The notes below the pieces were generated by a model. That model was not told where the DNA came from and searched no databases. It saw only the letters and a program-made list of their open reading frames with translations. From Cycas panzhihuaensis (Eukaryota; Plantae; Cycadophyta), in NCBI GenBank assembly GCA_023213395.1, contig CM041465.1:196299741-196363740 (forward strand): 64,000 nucleotides of DNA, written 5' to 3'. Made by a program: the position numbers and the translations under genes. Positions 1 to 11,581 of this stretch are shown here, in pieces; the first letter of the stretch is position 1; every line of letters begins with the position of its first letter.

Positions 1-2142
1 CTTTGCCTGGAGTTGCATAGGAAATTAATTTTCCTTTCAAAATTGTAAGCCAAACTCATAATTATGTTTAGGTTTTTAGGGTGATAATTTAGACATCTAC
101 TTATATGTCTATAGAGAGGCCATCTATGTATAATCAAGTATGTTACTCTATGAGAATATTTCCCACTACATATACTAACCTAGAGGAATCCTTATTATAC
201 TTTGTAACCATTCCTACTTTCCTTAGTTTTGTTAGCTCATAATAGTACTCAATGTTTGTTATGGTCTCAAACCACTCTATAAATAACTTGATAAATTTAT
301 TCTAAGGAGGAGTTTAGTTCATAAATCTTATTTTGTTCAAGTTTTGTCATCACTCACAAGTGATGTTATCCAAGTGCAAGGTGGCAAATGGGACATTTTC
401 ACTATCTTTGATTTTTAGTAGTCGAAAGTATTATTCCATTTATTGAATCCAAACTTTGGGTTCAAGGGAACCTTGTTCCTTATTTAAGCATTACATAGGT
501 AACTTCTCATTTTTTTTCTTGTGTTCTTGGAGGGTTTATAAGCATTAGAAGTTAGGGCTAAAATAACTATTTTTTGGTCTTCTAATGAAAAACATTTGTA
601 ATATTTTAGCTATCTAGTCATTAGTTTATTCAAGTCTATTGAGAGATGTGGAGTTTTATTTATGTTTTTAGAATGGGGTGGTTGTGTTCTTTTAGTGCTA
701 TTTATTATTCTTAGGCAATATTATTTCCAAGAACTCTCCTCAACATCCCCTATAAATTTTAGGTTATATGATTTAATTCTAGATTCTAATTCATCTCCTT
801 ATCATACATTCCTAGTGTTATGTAATCGAAAGAGGTCCATCATCAATCATAATTGTGTTAATATCTCCTATAGTGAATCATTCAACTTTATGCTTTGAAT
901 GGTATATAGAACTATTTTAAAAATAGCTCCTCTCATGTTGTTATCAAACAATATAATTTTTTATACTTGTTCTACATCATATGCAACTCTCTCTATTTTG
1001 AAGACTATATCCTAAATTGTAGTGCTAAATGACCTTAAGGTAGTTGTAAATGATTTACATAAATTAGAAAGGATCCTTATATGGGTTTCTAATTTTCTAA
1101 GTTATATAGTCTAAGGGATGTAATTTTTTATTATAGAGTGTGGATTTGAAATTGGTTAGAGAATTTGGGCTTTGAATTTAATTGGTTTATCTCCACTTGA
1201 CCAAGGCACACATTATAACCAGCATTTTGTTGTTGTATATTAACTTTGTTCATTCTATATCCTTTAATTTTTGGATTTCAAAGGTTATGGGATGATCTAA
1301 CATTATTATTACTATTAATATTATACTAGATGCATCATACTCTAAAATAAAAGGTTTACTAAAGTTGGAGATAGTTAGTACTAATATAATTCTTAAATAA
1401 GAGTTTAGTTCCTCAAAGTTAATTTGCACTTCCTATCTCTAATGGAATAAATCTATCTCTAATATGTTTGTTAATGAAGTTATAATTTGAGCATACCCTT
1501 TAACAAACCTTCTATAATAACTAGAAAGCCTAAAAAATGGCCTTAATTTAGCGAAATTCATCAAGATTAGCCAATTAATTATGGGCTAGACTTTTGAGGG
1601 GTTCACCTCCACATCCTCTACATAAATGATGTGGCATAGATACTTAATCTTAAATTTTCCAAAATAATATATTAATTACTTTTTATAGAAGTGTTTATCT
1701 TGTAGATAACTAAAATTTCATCCATATATAATAGATGACAATTCTAGTCTCTAATATAGTCTAGGATGCTATTAAAAAAGCCTAATAAAAATTTCCTTAA
1801 GAATACAACTAATAGTCTATTTATTATTTCTTAGAATATGGCTCAAGAATTGTTGAGGCCAAAAGGTATATCTCTAGATTTATAGTGCCATTCATGAGTT
1901 CTTAAAGCAATCTTTCTCATATATCTTCAACTTGAATCCTAATATACCAATAATTGGATTACAAATCTAATTTAGAGAAATACTTTTCCCTTGTAAGTTC
2001 ATCTAATGGGTCATCATTTATAGTTATTGGGAACCAATTCTTAATGGTGACATTATTCAATTCTTGATAGTTTATAAAGGACCCATTTATTTTCTTTATT
2101 AAAAGTATTAACACTATAAATGAACTCTTACTTGATTGAATA
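1..2142 (-). mobile_element. Highly decayed Ty3/gypsy (chromovirus-type) pol remnant: RT, with weaker RH/INT traces; left part of a split element
   Basis: Manual minus-strand translation gives KIALRTHEWHYKSRDIPFGLNNS*AIF at about 1830-1915 (cf. [27 protein letters not shown]). At about 2025-2140 it gives SSKSSFIVLILLIKKING..INYQELNNVTIKNWFPI. Weaker integrase-like traces lie at about 350-850. Confidence 0.75.
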
Positions 2143-2466
2143 TGTTGGGTAATATTTAACCTATAGAATATTAAATTGATATAATTACCCCTTTAATGTA
2201 CACTAGGGGGTCATGCCATATATACTTCTTTATATTGTAGGCCGTTGGTTGACCAAGTGACTTCTAGATACTGATTAGATATTTAGGTAGTGATATGTAC
2301 TATAAATATATATTAGTTTAACATAATATAATTAGAAGTGGTCATTTTCTATAAGTAACTTATATTATGTGTTTGTACATATTACTCTTTAATTTGTTCA
2401 ATTACATATCTTTAATTTCATAGTCTTGTATGATCCTAAACCTGTATTAGATAGTCATTTCTAATA
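2143..2466 (+). repeat. 5' LTR of old element
   Basis: Aligns end to end with 11257-11581 and is followed by a PBS-like sequence. Confidence 0.8.
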
Positions 2467-4268
2467 AATTGCATCAGAGCTCTAGGTTTAAGTATGTTTT
2501 GACCCCATTTAGGTTATAAGACTATGAGTGTGTCCACTTATCAAGGGTTTATTCTAAACTTAATTTAAATAAAACTATTTATAACTAGTAAGGGAGGAAG
2601 TCTATCTATTTATTAGATGAGGTTCTGTTATAAGTTGTGGATGGTTTTGAACCACAATTTATAGGGTACTTAGAGCATGTTGGTGCTTATGCATGAAAAT
2701 CTAGTCGAAAGTATAAGTATTACAATCACAATTATCTTGAATCCCATAGAGGTTTATTACATGATTTAACTCATGTTTAGATGAGTTATTTGCATGTTTT
2801 ACTAGTATACATATAGGTGTTACACAAAGTCCAAAAGTGAGGCTTTAGATACATGCTTGACCACCTTATGAAGCTGGTGATGTGGTGGGAAGGCCATGAT
2901 TTTTCCCTCTATCATGGTGGCTAGAATTGAGGGTGTTATGATATGATTTGGAGCAATAGATGATTTGTTTCCTCATGTGAAGAAATCAACATATTGGGGC
3001 TTTAGTATGGATCTTCTTGATCATGAAAGAACATGTGCATATAGAGAAATTATCAATTGGTTATGTGTAATGAGGGTTTATTGGTTATTTGGGTGCCACC
3101 TCATCAATAAGTTAGAGGTTATTGGTTTTCATTTGATAATAAGAAGCTACATGACTAATTTGTTAAATAGATCTCATATAAATTATTGTGCACTCCTCTA
3201 TTTATGATTTAGAGCAAAGATACATGGGGTTTGTAATGAGGATCTAAGATCTAGATGGAGATTGGTAGGTAGCCTATATGATATTTTTTATTTATAGTAG
3301 TTTGCATAAATGGTTTATGTTGTCATGTGAAGGATTTGAGTCATTTTACTCCACATTTCATCTCTATTTAGAGTTGTCATTTCTTACAGATGATAAATCA
3401 ATGAAAAGATTATATTATGAAGAGGATTTTACATTGACCATGCATTTTATTGATTGCTAAGTGGTCTTGTAATGCTTTAGGCATTTAAGGTGGACTCATG
3501 GTGTGTTGGGTGCCTCCCAACATGAACATTTTAAAGCTAGGTATATTTTTGGTGTCTTTGTAGCACTTGTAAAGTAAAAAATAATAGTGCTCATGATGTT
3601 TGACAGTGCATTAGGTGGCTCTATTATACATTGGACAAATTATTTACATGATAAGAATATCAAATATGAGTTAGGCGCTTTCCTAATGTCATTATTATGT
3701 CTACACGTTTTATGAGGGTGTTTGTAGTTGTGACAAGTATTTCTTGATGACTTTATACCCTTACAATTTAGCATAGGAGCCCACAAAGCTACAAGAGATT
3801 AATTTACCTCATAGACAATACACGTAAGTCACATAGTTATATGATGAAGAGAAATTCCAAATGACAAGTGTAATTTTTTGTAAAATCAAAGTTATAATAT
3901 TATAATATAATATTAAGTCATTTTACAATGTTCGTTAAAGTTTGTAAAGCCCCTCATGAGGTCATATAGGTGTTTTAATATGACCAAGGGCCAAACAAAA
4001 GTGACTTTTTTTTTTTTTTTTTCACTTGAAAGGATATTTGTACATATGAAAATAATAGTATCTCTCTCATAAGAAATTAGAATTAAATGTCATTAGTTGT
4101 ATTATGAAGATGACTCATGTGCTATTCCAATAGGTGATTAGATGATATTCTTTAAATTTTTTTAAGGTAGTTTTAATTATGTGATGTTAACACTTTGATT
4201 TATTAGGGTATTAAAATGGAGTTTATGCTTGAAAAAAAAAATTACTTTATTATATGTTTCTACATAGA

Positions 4269-5319
4269 TGATCCAGGAGGATCTACCATATGTTTACAGG
4301 ATGTAGAAAATGCTAGGCATTGGCATAACTAAACGAGATATGGCCAAATGGTATCAAAACTCTATGAAATTTTGTTTAAAGGGATAAGACACATCTCAAT
4401 AGATGTGTACAAAAGGTGGGGTTCAGAAAATATCATTTGATTAGAGTTCAAGCCTTGTCTTTGCATAAAAATTAATCCCAGTTAGCGAGAAAAAATAGAA
4501 AATATATATTTTGATTATATGAATAGAAACATAGCCAAATGACATCAAAATGAGCTAAAATTTTGAGGAAGAGGAGGAGACATACGTTCCTATACGTATA
4601 CAAAAGTTTAGCTAAATTGGAGTCCGTTAAGGTCAGTTACAAGCCGCAACTTTTATGAATTGTATGAAGGCCACTTGGACAGCAGAAAAACAGCAAATAC
4701 ATATTATTACTAAATGAATAAAAATGCAGTCAAATGACATCCAAATGAGCTGAAAATTTGAGGAAGCTGAGGGAACATACGTTTCTATATGTGTACCAAA
4801 TTTGAGCCAAATTGGAGTACGTTAAGATCTATTACAAACTGTAACGTTTTAAGAATTGTATGAAGGCCACTTGGACAACATGCATTCTGGTGGTTAGTGG
4901 TTATACTTGCATGATTGCCACTTGTTAAACATGCAATTCAGGTTTCTTTCTATAAATTGAGCCCTTCTACAGGTTGGAGAGGTGGTTCTTGGAGACTTGA
5001 CTTGGGAAGCATCCTTGGAGAAGCATTTGGAGGGTTGGAATCCCCCTTATGGTATAATTGTAACATTTATTCCTTGTAATTTTACCATTCTTTTTCTAGT
5101 TGATTTCTCCACCATTAAATGGAGATTTCATGGTTTAATAAAAGTATTACTCCTCATACTTTTGGATCAATGTCAAGAATAATTGATTTGGTGTAGAATT
5201 TTCCTTTCATGGGCTCATTGTTGTTTTGATGTTATTGAGTTTTCTACACTAACTCCCAGGATCTCAAGGAGGAAAGGTTGATAATTGATTTCTTCACCAA
5301 CTAAGCTCTTTTGGGATCA
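4269..5319 (+). repeat. 5' LTR of CRM-like element
   Basis: Direct repeat of 9949-10998 with TG...CA ends. A TATA-like TATAAAT lies at about 4951. Confidence 0.95.
4344..4880 (+). repeat. Three imperfect ~191-196 bp tandem subrepeats in the LTR U3 (also in the 3' LTR)
   Basis: The CAAATG(A/G)..ATC.AAA core recurs at 4344, 4535 and 4730. GAATTGTATGAAGGCCACTTGGACA occurs at 4657 and 4853. Confidence 0.85.
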
Positions 5320-5324
5320 TATTT

Positions 5325-5336
5325 TGGTATCGAGCC
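5325..5336 (+). promoter_or_regulatory. Primer binding site (tRNA-iMet), one base missing
   Basis: TGGTATCGAGCC versus consensus TGGTATCAGAGC(C), 5 nt after the LTR end. Confidence 0.85.
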
Positions 5337-5360
5337 TCGATCTTTGTTGTAGGGACTTGA

Positions 5361-8300
5361 ATGGTACAAACAAGGAAAGGATACAAAGAGAAAGGTGAAG
5401 ACTTTCTTGTGTTGCAATCACCAAGAAGACAAAGAAAGAATCTAATAAGCACCATGGCTGAAAAAGAAGATGGAGAAATTAGATTTGAAAGGCTTGAGAA
5501 GAACGTCGAAGCCTTGATGCAAATGATGACCCACCTTCTACCTCTAGTCAAAGGAAAAGGCAAAGAGAAGGAATTTGAAGGAGGATCCACATATGACCAC
5601 GACCATGAAGAGGAAGAGGAGGAGACCTTAAAGCACTCTTTTGAAGAAAGCAAGGGTACTTCATCTCATCAACCCTTCAAGGTGGAGGCAAAGTTGGATA
5701 TTCCAACTTATGATGGAGAGGTAAATGCTGAAAAGTTGGACCATTGGTTGGATCAACTCGAAACCTACTTCACAATCTATGCTTATAGTAATTCTCAAAA
5801 GCTTTCATTTGCTAGGCTCAAGTTGTGTAAACATGCATTGACATGGTGGAATGCATATTTAAAGACTCATGATGTATCTTCTTTTCATGGAGGGATTTTA
5901 AGAAAATAATAAAGAAGCAATTCTACCCCATAGGTCATGAGGAAGACCAATGGGTCACTTGGCAATATTTATGCCAAGGGAGGTGTAAGTGTCCAAGACT
6001 ATACTTCTTTATCTTTTAGGCATGGCATGCTACTTGGTATTAATATGGATGAACATGTCACTCTTATGAAATTCATTGGAGGATTACATGAATACATAAG
6101 GAAGGAACTAAGGCTTTTAAGGTTCAATCCATTGGAGAAGCAAGTAGGATGGCTATGGCAATAGAAAGTAAAAGTAAGAAATCTACATTCATGTATAAAG
6201 ATTCTACTTTTACTTCTAATAAGTATGAAAAGATTCCTAAATTGCACTCATCAAAAAGGCAAGAAGGAAAGAAGAAAAGAACTAATTTTGTTAAAAATTC
6301 TAACTATTGTGAGCATTGTGATATTAGTGGTCATATTACAGCAAAGTGTTGGAAGTTGCATCCAGAACTAAAGCTGAAGCATATCAAGGATATGGAATTA
6401 AGAAAGAAGGAAAAAGGAAAAGCACTACTTTACGAGGTGGAGATTCAAAGTGAAGGAGAAGAAGAGAAGGTCACTCTACTTACAAATTATGAAGATGATG
6501 CTACAAGGGAGGAACTATTTCACTTGAAGCTTCAAGTGGGAAATAGTATGATTGGTGCCATTATAGATCCAGGAAGCCAAAAGAATTTGATCTCAGAAAG
6601 TTTGGTAAAGAGCATTGGTTTGGTAACTACTCCTCACCCTCATCCATATCCTCTTGGTTGGATCCATAAAGATGTGGAAATGCAAATATCAAAGCAATGT
6701 ACGCTTAAATTTTCCATCACTAATGATTTTGTTGATGAGGTAATATGTGATGTGGTGCCACTGGATGTATGCCATGTTGTGCTTGGAAGTCCCTACTTGT
6801 GGGATCGAGATGCACTCTTCCATCGAAGGGAGAGAAAGTATCGATTGATGAAGGATAACAAGGGCTTCATCATAAAGGCCACAAAGAAGCACTTGGATAA
6901 GATAGCATTAATTTCAGCTACTCAAGCAAAAAGGATGATCAATGCATGTGGTAAATTTGTCATCTTAATGGTAAGGAGAAAAGAAGAGCCAAGAGATGAA
7001 GAAGGTCCTTCTACTCACACTCTTCTTATATCACCTAAACAAATGCAACAAATTTAGGAGTTAAAGACAAGGTATGATATTCTATTTCAACATGTTGATG
7101 GGCTTCCACCAAAGAGAAAGATAGAGCATGAAATCACTCTTGTAGGAGATGCACCATTACCTAATGTTGCTTTGTATAGGCACTCCATTGTAGAAAATAA
7201 TGAGATAAAGAGGCAAGTTGAGGAGTTTCTTGATCAAGGGGTCATAAGACCTTCATGTTCACCTTGTGGGTCACCAATTGTCTTGGTGCCTAAGAAGGAT
7301 GGAGGATGGAGAATGTGTATAGATTTTCGTGCTTTGAATAAAATTACAATTAAAAATCGCTACCCTTTGCCTCGTATAGATGATTTGCTTGATCAAATTC
7401 AGCATCTTGTTATTTCACTAAATTGGATTTAAAAAGTGGTTATCACCAAGTTAGGGTCAAGGAGGAGGACACATGGAAGACGACCTTCAAAACAAAGCAA
7501 GGACTCTTTGAATGGATGGTTATGCCTTTCGGATTGTGTAATGCTCCTGCAACATTCATGAGGCTAATGAATGAAATATTAAGGCCTTACTTGGATAATT
7601 TTATTGTTGTCTATCTTGATGACATTTTAATTTTCAGCAACACATGGGAGGAACATTTGCAGCACATAGAAGAAGTTTTAAAGACTATGGATAAGCATCA
7701 TTTGAAGCTTAATGTGAAGAAGTGTGAATTTGGCAAGGAGAACTTGATCTTCTTAGGCTTTGTGGTTGGAGGAGGAAAGTTGAGCATTGATCCACTCAAG
7801 ACTCAAGCCATCCTCAAATGGCCTAGGCCAACAAACATCACAGAGGTGAGAAGTTTTTTAGGAGCTTGTCAATACTTGAGAAAGTTCATTCTTCATTTCT
7901 CACAGGTTGCAGCACCTCTACATGGATTGACAAAATCTAGTAGAAAGTTTACTTGGGGTTCCAAGGAGGAAGAAGCCTTTCTTCTTTTAAATAAGAAAAT
8001 TTGTGAAGCACCGGTTTTGGCAATGCCAAATTTGCAAAGGCCTTTTGAAGTCGAAGCTAATGCGAGTGGAAATGCGATGGGAGCTGTCCTTATTCAAGAT
8101 GGGAAGCCTATTGCGTACCATTCAGAAGTCTTCACCCTTCAAGTGAAGAACTACCCAACATATGATCGAGAAATGTTCGCACTTCATCAAGCATACAAGC
8201 ATTGGAGGTCATACTTGCTCGGAAAAGAGGTTGTAGTTCATACCGATCATAAGCCTCTTCAATTTTTACAAACTCAAAGTAAATTACAAAGAAGCAAGAC

Positions 8301-9908
8301 ACATGAAGTGGATGAGTTATTTACAACAATTCAATATTGTAATTAAGTATAAAAAGGGATATAATAACAAAATTGCTGATATGTTATCTAGACCACCTTG
8401 TTCCACTTCTTCTTCTACTTTTGTTTGTAGTTCTCTTATGAGTTTGCGGTGGAACCAATGCATCATGAAGAGTACAAAGACTTGTACCATGAAGATGAAG
8501 CTCAAGGAAGAATTAGAGAACCTAGCGAAGGAAGACCTTCCCAAATTGCTTGGAAGGATGGTCTACTTTTCAAAGGGGAGCAAATTTCTATGTTCCATCA
8601 AAAGGAGACAAGATCAAGTGGCTTAGAGAAGCCCATACTTCTAAAGTAGTGGTCACTTTGGTATAGAGAAGACTTTAGCAAACTTGAGAAGATATGTTGT
8701 ATGGCCAAAAATGCAAAATGATGTAAAAAATATGTAAAAGGATGTGTAATGTGTAATACTTCTAAGCCTTCTTCTAGAAAATTAGGATTGTATACACCAC
8801 TACCTATTCCCACTAGGCCTTGGGAAAGTATCTCCATTGATTTTTAGGGGGGACTTCCCATGACTAGGAAGGGACATGATTATCTTTTTGTTGTTGTAGA
8901 TAGGTTTAGTAAAATGATATGTCTAATACCTTGTAAGAAGACAATCACAGGTACAGGAGCAGCTGAGTTATTCTTCGAGCATGTATGGAAGAATTTTGGC
9001 TTGCCTTCTTCCATCATTTCAGATCAGGACACTCGATTCCTTTCATCATTTTGGAAGTCACTATGGGAGATGATGGATACCAAATTGAAGAGGAGTACTT
9101 TTTTCCATCCTCAAACAGATGGACAAACCGAAGTAGTGAACAGAACTTTGGTACATCTATTGAGGGGATACAATTCCAAGCATCCAAAGACTTGGGATGA
9201 ATCATTGGCTTTTCTACAATTTGCTTTTAATAGAGCAATGCATGCATCACACTCTAAAGCACCTTTTGAAGTTTGTTTGGAATACTTACCTCAAAGTCCA
9301 TTTGACTTGGAGTTTTCCATGCAAGCTAAGGAAGGATCCATCAAAGAGAAGGAGGAGCATGACAAGGCTTTAAGATACTTGGAGAAGATCCGAGAGTCCA
9401 CAAAGAAGTACATGATCAACTTCTAAGGACTCAACAAAAGTACAAGGAAAGACATGACAAGCATAGGCAAGAGTGTACTTTCCAAGAAGGAGATTTAGTA
9501 TGGTTATACTTGAGCAAGGAGAGGTTAAAAGGAGAAGGTAAGAAACTCAAACCTATAAGGTATGGACCATTCAAGATTTTGAGAAAAGTAGGTGGCAATG
9601 CTTTCCAACTTGATCTTCCACCTTATATGCAAATATATTCAGTAGTAAATGCTGAATACTTAAAACTCTTTGAGCCCTCCATGCTAGATGAGGAACAGGA
9701 CCAGTTCACTTTACCTTGATTGATGATTTGTATTTGGAAAGTGAGGAGCCTCTCAAGGAAGATTGTATCTTGGAGAGAAAATCTACCAAAACAAGACATA
9801 AGACACATGAATCTTTCAGTATTGGAGTAGCAGGGGCAATTGCCTAGTAAGGCCAAGTGGTTTAGTAGGCAACAAGGAGAACAACACTTCCCCCATCTCG
9901 AATTCTAA
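5361..9908 (+). pseudogene. gag-pol polyprotein of CRM-like element, broken by frameshifts and stops
   Basis: Fragments encode gag (KLDIPTYDG...ALTWW), a zinc knuckle (CEHCDISGHITAKC), protease (IIDPGS), RT ([24 protein letters not shown]), RNase H and integrase (VVDRFSKM, HPQTDGQTE, YGPF), plus a C-terminal chromodomain-like segment. Stop at 9906-9908. Confidence 0.93.
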
Positions 9909-9933
9909 TCCAAACAGGAGTTGGCTATTTTCC

Positions 9934-9945
9934 AAGGAAGGGGAG
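9934..9945 (+). promoter_or_regulatory. Polypurine tract
   Basis: AAGGAAGGGGAG, 3 nt before the 3' LTR. Confidence 0.9.
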
Positions 9946-9948
9946 CCA

Positions 9949-10998
9949 TGATCCAGAGGATCTACCATATGTTTTCGTGGATGCGAAAATGCTAGGCATT
10001 GGCATAACTAAAAGAGATATGGCCAAATGGTATCAAAACTCTATGAAATTTTGTTTAAAGGGATAAGACACATCTCATTAGATGTGTACAAAAGGTGGGG
10101 TTTAGAAAATATCATTTGATTAGAGTTCAAGCCTTGTCTTTGCATAAAAATTAATCCCAGCTAGCGTAAAAAACAGAAAATATATATTTTGATTATATGA
10201 ATAGAAACATGGCCAAATGACATCAAAATGAGCTAAAATTTTGAGGAAGCGGAGGAGACATACGTTCCTATACGTGTACAAAATTTGAGCTAAATTGGAG
10301 TCTGTTAAGGTCAGTTACAAGCCGCAACTTTTATGAATTGTATGAAGGCCACTTGGACAGCAGAAAAATAGCAAATACATATTATTACTAAATGAATAAA
10401 AATGTAGGAAAATAACATCCAAATGATCTAAAAATTTGAGGAAGATGAGGGGACATACGTTCCTATACATGTACCAAATTTGAGCCAAATTGGAGTACGT
10501 TAAGATCTATTACAAACTGTAACTTTTTAAGAATTGTATGAAGGCCACTTGGACAACATGCATTCTGGTGGTTAGTGGTTATACTTGCATGATTGCCACT
10601 TGTTAAACATGCAATTCAGGTTTCTTTCTATAAATTGAGCCCTTCTACAGGTTGGAGAGGTGGTTCTTGGAGACTTGACTTGGGAAGCATCCTTGGAGAA
10701 GCATATGGAGGGTTGGAATCCCCCTTATGGTATAATTGTAACATTTATTCCTTGTAATTTTACCATTCTTTTTCTAGTTGATTTCTCCACCATTAAATGG
10801 AGATTTTCATGGTTTAATAAAAGTATTACTCCTCATACTTTTGGATCAATGTCAAGAATAATTGATTTGGTGTAGAATTTTCCTTTCATGGGCTCATTGT
10901 TGTTTTGATGTTATTGAGTTTTCTACACTAACTCCCAGGATCTCAAGGAGGAAAGGTTGATAATTGATTTCTTCGCCAACTAAGCTCTTTTGGGATCA
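9949..10998 (+). repeat. 3' LTR of CRM-like element
   Basis: Direct repeat of 4269-5319, followed by TSD ATAGA. Confidence 0.95.
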
Positions 10999-11256
10999 AT
11001 AGATAACCATTTTATGGGCTTATTCCATGGTGTAGTAGATGGGGCTAAGGGTTTTTAACTCAAATTTTCTCCTGGATGTATAACTTCAGTTAAGAGAGGT
11101 TAAAATAGGTAAAATGGAAGCATGTGAAAGTTGCTTGGTAGGAAAATATTGGTGAACCATATATAGAAAGGCCATTCTAGAGAACTAGTGGGCATAGTGG
11201 CTAATTACCCATGTGCTCTAATAAATGTATAGTGGGTATAGTGGCTAATTGACAAA

Positions 11257-11581
11257 TGATAGGTAATGTTTAACCTATAGAATATTAAATTGATGTAATT
11301 ACCCCTTTGATGTGCACTAGGGTGTCATGGTACACACACTTCTACATGTTGTAGGTCATTAGTTGACCAAGTGGCTCATATATTATGATTGGATAGCTAG
11401 CTAATAATATGTACTATAAATATATATTGGTTCGGCATAATATAATTGGAAGTGGTCATTTTTTTACAAGTAGTTTATGGTATATGTTTGTGCATATTAT
11501 TCTTTAATTTATTCACCTACATATCTTTAGTTTCATAGCCTTATATAATCTTGGATATGTATTGGGTATTTATTTCTAATA
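11257..11581 (+). repeat. 3' LTR of old element
   Basis: Aligns with 2143-2466 and is followed by GAATG. Confidence 0.8.

Larger units (their letters stand above)
4269..10998 (+). mobile_element. Full-length Ty3/gypsy chromovirus, CRM-like clade
   Basis: LTRs of about 1050 bp have TGATCC...GGATCA termini and a perfect TSD ATAGA (4264-4268 / 10999-11003). PBS and PPT are present, and domain order is gag-PR-RT-RH-INT-chromodomain-like. The protease region IIDPGSQKNLIS...PHPHPYPLGW...DEVICDVVPLDVCHVVLGSPYLWDR is CRM-type. Confidence 0.95.
2143..11581 (+). mobile_element. Old non-autonomous LTR retrotransposon with about 324-bp LTRs, host of the CRM insertion
   Basis: Diverged direct repeats at 2143-2466 and 11257-11581 both start TG and end CTAATA. 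A degenerate iMet PBS (TTGCATCAGAGC, 2469-2480) follows the first. Flanks GAATA/GAATG give a 4/5 TSD. No clear PPT or coding capacity in about 2 kb of own internal sequence. Confidence 0.8.

Noticed and set aside
4982-5182. Duplicated small ORF (also 10660-10875)
   Set aside because: It is LTR sequence, and the two copies differ by a frameshift.
11187-11250. Short tandem duplication (AGTGGG(C/T)ATAGTGGCTAATT, 44-bp period) where a PPT is expected
   Set aside because: Real but only two copies, with no evidence of function.
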